Shown one piece after another: positions 16,421 through 21,956 of a stretch of DNA of 21,956 nt. The stretch is from Candidatus Sericytochromatia bacterium (GTDB taxonomy: Bacteria; Cyanobacteriota; Sericytochromatia; S15B-MN24; UBA4093). The notes beneath the pieces are model-generated. The model ran no database searches. It worked only from the letters and a program-made list of their open reading frames with translations, and had not been told where the DNA came from. The DNA lies in NCBI GenBank assembly GCA_036676495.1, contig JAKFCT010000026.1:1-21956 (forward strand), read 5' to 3'. Both the position numbers and the translations under genes were made by a program. The first letter of the stretch is position 1. Each line of letters opens with the position of its first letter.

Positions 16421-17449
16421 TCAGTTCCGGTATTCGAGCGTCTGAGGCAGCTGTCGAGGCACCACCCGGCTGAGAACGGTCAGGTTCTCGTCCATCCCGA
16501 AGCTCGTCCTCACGAAGTAGAGGGGACGATGCTTGGACTCGTTGTAGATTCTTCCGATGTACTCGCCGATGATGCCCAGGGCCATCAGCTGAGCCCCCCC
16601 GAGGAAGGAGATCATCACCATCAAGGAGGGATAGCCCGCGACCGCATTTCCGTAGAGCAAGGTGACGATGACCCGATAACCCGCATAGAGGATCGCCAGC
16701 AGGGCGATCAAGAAACCGGCGTAGCTCGCCACTTGAAGGGGGACGATGCTGAACGACGTGATCCCCTCGATCGCGAAGTTCCAGAGGCGCCAGTAGTTGA
16801 AGCTGCTTTGGCCGGCAAAACGCGGCTCCCGGTGATAATGGATGCTGGTTTGCTTGAAGCCGACCCAGCTAAAAAGCCCCTTCATGAAGCGATGATGCTC
16901 CCGCACCCCCCGCAGCGCCTCGACGACCTGGCGCGACATCAGGCGAAAGTCGCCCGTGTCCGGGGGAATGGCCGTAGGCGATATCCGCTGGATCACGCGG
17001 TAGAAAAGCAGCGCGGTCAGCTTCTTGGGGGCGGATTCGCCCTCGCGCGTCAGCCGGGTGGCGTAGACGACGTCGTAACCTTCCCGCCACTTCGCGAGCA
17101 AGTCGTGGATCAACTCGGGGGGATCCTGGAGATCGGCGTCGATAGGCACCACCACCTCGCCCAGGGCGTAATCCAGGCCGGCCGTCAACGCAATCTCTTT
17201 GCCGAAGTTCCTCGAGAGGTCGATGACCTTGATCCGGTCGTCTTGCTCATGCAGGGCGACGAGCCGGTCCAGGGTATCGTCCCGGCTTCCGTCATTGACG
17301 CAAACGATCTCGTAGGGACAGCCAGTCCCCTCCAGCACGTGCGTCATGCGCTCGTAAAAAGGCGTGATGTTGGCCCCCTCATTATGCATGGGGACCACGA
17401 CCGAGATGAGAGGTGCAGGGGATCTACCCAAGGGTCGCCTTCCTTCCAA
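16421..17449 (-). CDS. GT2 polyprenol-phosphate glycosyltransferase, GtrB/YkoT-like
   Basis: ISVVVPMHNE, VNDGSRD, SRNFGKE, IDADLQDPP, GDFRLMSR and two C-terminal TM helices; start uncertain. Confidence 0.92.
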   Translation of the reverse strand: MEGRRPLGRSPAPLISVVVPMHNEGANITPFYERMTHVLEGTGCPYEIVCVNDGSRDDTLDRLVALHEQDDRIKVIDLSRNFGKEIALTAGLDYALGEVVVPIDADLQDPPELIHDLLAKWREGYDVVYATRLTREGESAPKKLTALLFYRVIQRISPTAIPPDTGDFRLMSRQVVEALRGVREHHRFMKGLFSWVGFKQTSIHYHREPRFAGQSSFNYWRLWNFAIEGITSFSIVPLQVASYAGFLIALLAILYAGYRVIVTLLYGNAVAGYPSLMVMISFLGGAQLMALGIIGEYIGRIYNESKHRPLYFVRTSFGMDENLTVLSRVVPRQLPQTLEYRN

Positions 17450-17467
17450 GGACTCGATGAAAGCCGA

Positions 17468-19039
17468 TCAACGACGGAGCTGGTAAACCCTCAGGTCCGG
17501 CCGCTCCTCCAGGGTGATCTCGGGGTAGCGGCCCTTCAAGGAAGGGACTTCCCCATGCCAGGAGAGGTAGTAATCGATCGGGTGACGCTCCAGCTCCGCG
17601 CGCAAAGCCTGATCGTCGGAGCCGAGCTTGGGAACTCCGTAGAACTTCGAGCCCGTCTTGAACGCGATGTAGAGGACTTCGCCATAACGGTCGGAGGCGA
17701 GGTTCCCGGTGATTCCGTACTTCTTCTCGAGGGCCTCGCCCACGTCATGCAGGTCCTTGTTCAGATGGACCGACTGAACCAAGTCCGTCAGCGGAATGGT
17801 GAGGAAACTGAGCACGAAGAGCGAGACGACGGCGACGCGGCGGCCGCCGGACAGGCCGTCGCGAACCCACGATCGAATCAGCCCCAGGCCGGTGACCAGC
17901 AGGAGCAGATGGAGCGGCCAGAAGTAGCGCATTTCGACATGCAAGATGGCATATCCCGCGGCATAAATCCCGAACGTCGCCAGCAGGAAGGCCGCATCAA
18001 GCCTATCCGGCGAAGGCCGTCGCAGGCGCCAGGCAAAGGCCACCAGGAGCAAGAAGGCCAGGGGAGGCAGCAAGATGAAGACGATCCAGTAGAAGTTCTC
18101 GGCGAACAACCAAAGTTGATGCTTGAAACTGCGCCACGACTCCAGCGCGCTCCACTGGCTCACCGGAAGCAGCGACGGATCTTCCCAGGCGCTCACGGCG
18201 CCAGGGTTGGGGGGCGGCAACAGGCCCTCGGTAAGGATTGCCTGCCCCTTGGAATCCGGTCCCACCACCCCGTGATTGTACGCACCGGCGGTGCTGGTCG
18301 TGAAGCCGCCGTACTTCTGGCTGAGCGCCATGATCCAGGGCCCGGACACCATCGCGAAGATCAGCATGCCGACGGCGTAGTGCCTGAGGAGCCCCGGCCA
18401 TGCTTGCCTTCCGGAACGAAGCCCATGGAAGACGGTCGCCAGGATGAAATGCGCGAGAAAGAACGGGAAGGCAAACCCCTTGGCAAGGTACGCGATGCCC
18501 GCCGCCAGACCCGCCAGCATCCCAGAGAATCGCCTCTCGGGATAGCGGGGATCGAAGATCACGGCGAAGTAGGCCACGAAGGCCGCGGTGTTCAGCAGAT
18601 CCGGCGTCGTGGTGATGAAGGCATAGGCGAGCATCGTCGGGACAAGCAGGACGGCCAGCAAACGCCGCCAACCGGATTCGAGGCCGAGCCGGCCCGCGAA
18701 CCAAAGCGTCAGCGCATACACCCCCAGCCCCGTCGCAAGCAGAACCACTTTCGCCGCCACATGGGAGTCGATCCCGAGCGCGAGCAGGGGGACGATCAAC
18801 CACGAGAACAACGGGCCCCAGAGCCCGTTCACGGCGTTCGAAAAGTCCCCGATCAGGTACTTCTCAGCAATGGTCAGGTAAGACGTTCCATCGGGGTTCA
18901 GCTGGTAACGGTACAGAGGAAAAAGCAGCGCCCCAAGCACGAGATAGAGTGCGCCACCTAATGAAAACCACCCTTTATCCGCGAGCCTGAAGGCCGTCAG
19001 GGAGGTGGAATGACCGGAACGAAGCATGGATGACCTCAT
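17468..19039 (-). CDS. Polytopic GT-C fold glycosyltransferase (ArnT/PMT-like)
   Basis: About 11-13 hydrophobic segments; first-loop NPDGTSY acidic motif, TPDLL, AYLAK, EMRYF; soluble C-terminal domain; 18 bp upstream of the GT2 gene. Confidence 0.7.
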   Translation of the reverse strand: MRSSMLRSGHSTSLTAFRLADKGWFSLGGALYLVLGALLFPLYRYQLNPDGTSYLTIAEKYLIGDFSNAVNGLWGPLFSWLIVPLLALGIDSHVAAKVVLLATGLGVYALTLWFAGRLGLESGWRRLLAVLLVPTMLAYAFITTTPDLLNTAAFVAYFAVIFDPRYPERRFSGMLAGLAAGIAYLAKGFAFPFFLAHFILATVFHGLRSGRQAWPGLLRHYAVGMLIFAMVSGPWIMALSQKYGGFTTSTAGAYNHGVVGPDSKGQAILTEGLLPPPNPGAVSAWEDPSLLPVSQWSALESWRSFKHQLWLFAENFYWIVFILLPPLAFLLLVAFAWRLRRPSPDRLDAAFLLATFGIYAAGYAILHVEMRYFWPLHLLLLVTGLGLIRSWVRDGLSGGRRVAVVSLFVLSFLTIPLTDLVQSVHLNKDLHDVGEALEKKYGITGNLASDRYGEVLYIAFKTGSKFYGVPKLGSDDQALRAELERHPIDYYLSWHGEVPSLKGRYPEITLEERPDLRVYQLRR

Positions 19040-19137
19040 GTAACGCCGCCTCAGTGGGTGAAGACGGGCTTTTGCCCCCCATCACGCGTGGGCATGCCCC
19101 ATGGTGAGCATAAAGCAGGCGTTCGTCAACCGATGAG

Positions 19138-19175
19138 ACGGACTAGCCGCTGGCTTGCGCCAGCGGCTAGTCCGT
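19138..19175. terminator. 17-bp perfect hairpin downstream of the HD-GYP gene
   Basis: ACGGACTAGCCGCTGGC-TTGC-GCCAGCGGCTAGTCCGT; the loop reads GCAA (GNRA) on the minus strand. Confidence 0.7.
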
Positions 19176-19227
19176 TTGACGTGTGGCCTCGGCCAAGCCT
19201 TGCGGGCGGCCTGGGTGGGCGGCCCGA

Positions 19228-20502
19228 TCACGAGTCGCGGTAGAGGTCCGAGACCTGGAGGCGGCCGTGCTTGGCGAGGTCGATCAGCTGGCCTTCCAGT
19301 TCCACCACGGGAAGCTGGCAGGCCTCGCGGTTGACCTGGACGACCTTGGCGACCTCTCCCGAGTTGAGGACGACCATCGCGTTCTTGGGGTAGGGGACGA
19401 TGAAGTGCTGGAAGGCCCAGACCATGCGGCGCTCGAAGTGGGTGTCCATGCCTTCGAGGATGATCTTGTAGGCACGCTCGGGGGGCATGCCCTTCTTGTA
19501 GACGCGGTTGGAGATGAGGGCATCCCAGACGTCGCAGACCGCGACCACCCGGGCCATCTCGGGGATGTTCGTCCCCTTGAGGTTGAAGGGGTAGCCGCCG
19601 CCCGCCCACTTCTCATGGTGGTGCATGACGATTCCCTTGATCTCGGGAGTGGCCCAGCGGTAGTTCTCGATCAGGCGAAGGCCCTTCTCGGGGTGGGTCT
19701 TCATGACGTTGAACTCGGCCTCGGTGAGCTTGGCGGGCTTGTTGAGGATGAAGTCGGGGATCTGGTTCTTGCCGATGTCGTGAAGCAGCGCACCGATGCC
19801 CAGAACCCGAAGCTGTGCGGGGGTATAGCCCAGGGTCACGCCCATCAGCAGGGAGAGACTCATGACGTTGGCGGAGTGGGCGTAGGTGTACTCGTCGTAG
19901 ACCCTGAGATCGCAGAGGCTGTTGAGCAGCTCCTTGTTGTTGACGATCTGGGTGATGGTGGACTGGACGCAGTCGTCGGCGGCCTGGAAGTCAATGGCGG
20001 CCGATTCCTTGTACTTCTGCTGGATCGAGCGGATCGAGGTGAGGTTCTGGGTGGTGACGTCCTTGGCGAGCTTCTCGAGCTTGGATTCGGCAAAGCGGCC
20101 CGCGAGGGGGTTGGGCTTCGCGGCTGCCGCGGCCCGCTGAGGGAACCCCAGCGCCCTTCCGAGGCTACCGGTCCCCAGGCCACCGGTCTTGGGACGTTGG
20201 GGGGCTGGGGCGGGAGGCTCGGCGGTCTTGAAAGGATTCCCCAGGGGTCCGGTCATGGCCCGCCGGGGTTTCGGCTCGGGCTCGGGCTCGGGCTCGGGTT
20301 GAACGATGGGGGTATCGGCGGTCTGGAAGGTGAAGACCGGAACGTTCGTCACCCCGCAGCGCAGCAGCATGTAGATGTTGGTATGATCGAGGACCGTGCC
20401 AGGACCCAAGAGTTGCTGAAAACTGGTGGGGTGGTAGACCGGTTCCGCGAGGACCATGCCAGGCTGCAACTCGCCTATGGGCGCAAGAATGGAAGTGCTC
20501 AT
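19228..20502 (-). CDS. HD-GYP domain cyclic-dinucleotide phosphodiesterase
   Basis: DEYTYAHS, LLHDIGK, KTHPEKG, HHEKWAGGGYP, VCDVWDALISNRVYK; start at MSTSIL after SD GAGGA. Confidence 0.92.
   Translation of the reverse strand: MSTSILAPIGELQPGMVLAEPVYHPTSFQQLLGPGTVLDHTNIYMLLRCGVTNVPVFTFQTADTPIVQPEPEPEPEPKPRRAMTGPLGNPFKTAEPPAPAPQRPKTGGLGTGSLGRALGFPQRAAAAAKPNPLAGRFAESKLEKLAKDVTTQNLTSIRSIQQKYKESAAIDFQAADDCVQSTITQIVNNKELLNSLCDLRVYDEYTYAHSANVMSLSLLMGVTLGYTPAQLRVLGIGALLHDIGKNQIPDFILNKPAKLTEAEFNVMKTHPEKGLRLIENYRWATPEIKGIVMHHHEKWAGGGYPFNLKGTNIPEMARVVAVCDVWDALISNRVYKKGMPPERAYKIILEGMDTHFERRMVWAFQHFIVPYPKNAMVVLNSGEVAKVVQVNREACQLPVVELEGQLIDLAKHGRLQVSDLYRDS
20273..20296. repeat. In-frame tandem hexamer (GGCTCG)x4 encoding a Pro-Glu linker
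   Basis: Four exact copies, translated as PEPEPEPEP in the HD-GYP protein. Confidence 0.85.
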
Positions 20503-20603
20503 GCGCAACGTCCTCGAATGATGCCATGTTGGCCGCGTACAGAAACTGAATCCTTTATACCCAAGCCCCTGTCTTTTTGACATCTTCACAACCAGGCTTC
20601 CAA

Positions 20604-20633
20604 GTGACGTTTCGCGGGGCTTTCTGGTAAGAT
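20604..20633 (+). promoter_or_regulatory. Putative sigma70-type promoter for pepA
   Basis: GTGACG-N18-TAAGAT with TGn extension. Confidence 0.45.
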
Positions 20634-20763
20634 CAAGGAAGAGAGCGAGCACCTGACCGGATTCTGGGTCACCCCGCCCTTCCTTACCCCAGGTTGCGCT
20701 GCCTGACGCCCGCCCTGCGCGGCGTTCGAGCAGCTTGGCATTCACAGTTTTCAAGGAGACGCG

Positions 20764-21956
20764 ATGAAGCTCAACGTCAAAATCGGATCCCTAGCCAGCG
20801 AAAAAGCGGATCTCGTGGTTCTCGGCCTGTACGAGGAGCAGAGCAAGCTCACCGAGACGGCCAGCGCCATCGACAAGGCCCTGGGCGGGGTGATTGCCGA
20901 TCTGCTGAAGAGCGGGGATTTCAAGGCCAAGCAGCACCAGACCTTGCTGCTCCCCACGGCGGGTAAGCTTCCCGCCAAGCGCGTCCTGCTGCTCGGACTC
21001 GGCAAGCAGGATGGCTTCACGATCGAGCGCCTGCGCCAGGCTGCCGGCAAGATGGCGACCGCCGTCCGGGATCTGGGCGTCAAGTCGTTCTCGGTCGACG
21101 TGGGCGAATGGGGCGAATTCGAGGCCCCCGAGGCCTCGCAGGCCTTCGCCGAGGGTGCGCTCATGGGCACCTACACGTTCGGCAAGTACCAGACCACCAA
21201 GAAGGACGTGAAGGAGCTCGACTCCATCACCCTGCTCTCGGCCGACAAGGACGAGGCCGCCGAGTACAAGGACGGCATCGAGCGGGGCCGGCTGGTCGCC
21301 GAAGCGGTCGCCTTCAGCCGCGACCTGGTCTCGGCTCCCCCGAACGAAGTGACCCCCTCCGAGATCGGCCGCCGCGCGCAGGCCTTCTCCAAGGAGCTGG
21401 GCCTCACCTGCAAGGTCCTCGACGAGAAGGAAATCGCCAAGCTCAAGATGGGCTCGTTCCTGGGCGTGGCGCAAGGCTCCATGAAGGATGAGCCGCCCCG
21501 CTTCATCATCGTCGAGTACATGCCCCTCGGCGCCAAGGAGGCCCCGCTGGTCTTCGTCGGCAAGGGCATCACCTTCGACTCGGGCGGTATCTCCATCAAG
21601 CCCGGCGCGGGCATGGAGAAGATGAAGTACGACATGGCCGGCGCCGCCGCGGTGCTCGGAGCCATCCGGGCGATCGCCGCCCTCAAGCTCCCCCTCAACG
21701 TCGTCGCCCTCGTCCCCTCCACCGAGAACATGCCCGGTGGCGACGCCATCCACCCCGGTGACGTCCTCACCTCCATGTCCGGCAAGACCATCGAGGTCAT
21801 CAACACCGACGCCGAGGGCCGCCTGATCCTCATCGACGCCCTCACCTACGCCGAGCGCTACAACCCCAAGGGCGTCGTCGACCTCGCCACCCTCACCGGC
21901 GCCTGCGTCGTCGCCCTCGGCAACAACGCCATCGGCCTGATGGGCAACAACGAGGA
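20764..21956 (+). CDS. pepA: Leucyl aminopeptidase (M17), truncated by the window end and absent from the ORF track
   Basis: SD AAGGAG, ATG 20764 (MKLNVKIGS...); manual translation gives VGKGITFDSGG, MKYDMAGAA, ENMPGG, NTDAEGRL, DLATLTGA; no stop before the end. Confidence 0.95.
   Translation, partial: MKLNVKIGSLASEKADLVVLGLYEEQSKLTETASAIDKALGGVIADLLKSGDFKAKQHQTLLLPTAGKLPAKRVLLLGLGKQDGFTIERLRQAAGKMATAVRDLGVKSFSVDVGEWGEFEAPEASQAFAEGALMGTYTFGKYQTTKKDVKELDSITLLSADKDEAAEYKDGIERGRLVAEAVAFSRDLVSAPPNEVTPSEIGRRAQAFSKELGLTCKVLDEKEIAKLKMGSFLGVAQGSMKDEPPRFIIVEYMPLGAKEAPLVFVGKGITFDSGGISIKPGAGMEKMKYDMAGAAAVLGAIRAIAALKLPLNVVALVPSTENMPGGDAIHPGDVLTSMSGKTIEVINTDAEGRLILIDALTYAERYNPKGVVDLATLTGACVVALGNNAIGLMGNNE

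Noticed and set aside
16406-18961. 851-aa plus-strand ORF, the longest in the track
   Set aside because: Exactly antisense to the GT2 and GT-C genes; Arg/Gln/His-rich with no domain signature or SD.

Overview
High-GC bacterial chromosomal window with about 21 protein genes and no rRNA, tRNA, CRISPR array, integrase or transposase. Left to right: a membrane-anchored five-heme cytochrome c; two unknown membrane proteins and a half-size NapG/MauM-type ferredoxin; queF; a tightly packed same-strand run of patatin phospholipase, NurA nuclease, TIGR00266/AIM24, stand-alone HAS-barrel protein and HerA ATPase; a GT32/Caps_synth-like glycosyltransferase; a FlxA-like Gln-rich protein; an outer-membrane beta-barrel; a zinc-ribbon membrane protein plus a circularly permuted ATP-grasp-like ligase; a lipoprotein; a beta-ureidopropionase-like nitrilase; a GT-C + GtrB-like GT2 pair; an HD-GYP phosphodiesterase; and pepA, which runs off the right edge. 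The best candidate for an undescribed system is the patatin/NurA/AIM24/HAS/HerA cluster (4082-9507). Also notable are two 28-bp dRS3/REP-like palindromes with a compensatory base-pair change, a possible leader peptide ahead of queF, and two structured intergenic regions. All family calls come from motif recognition by eye; no database search was run.
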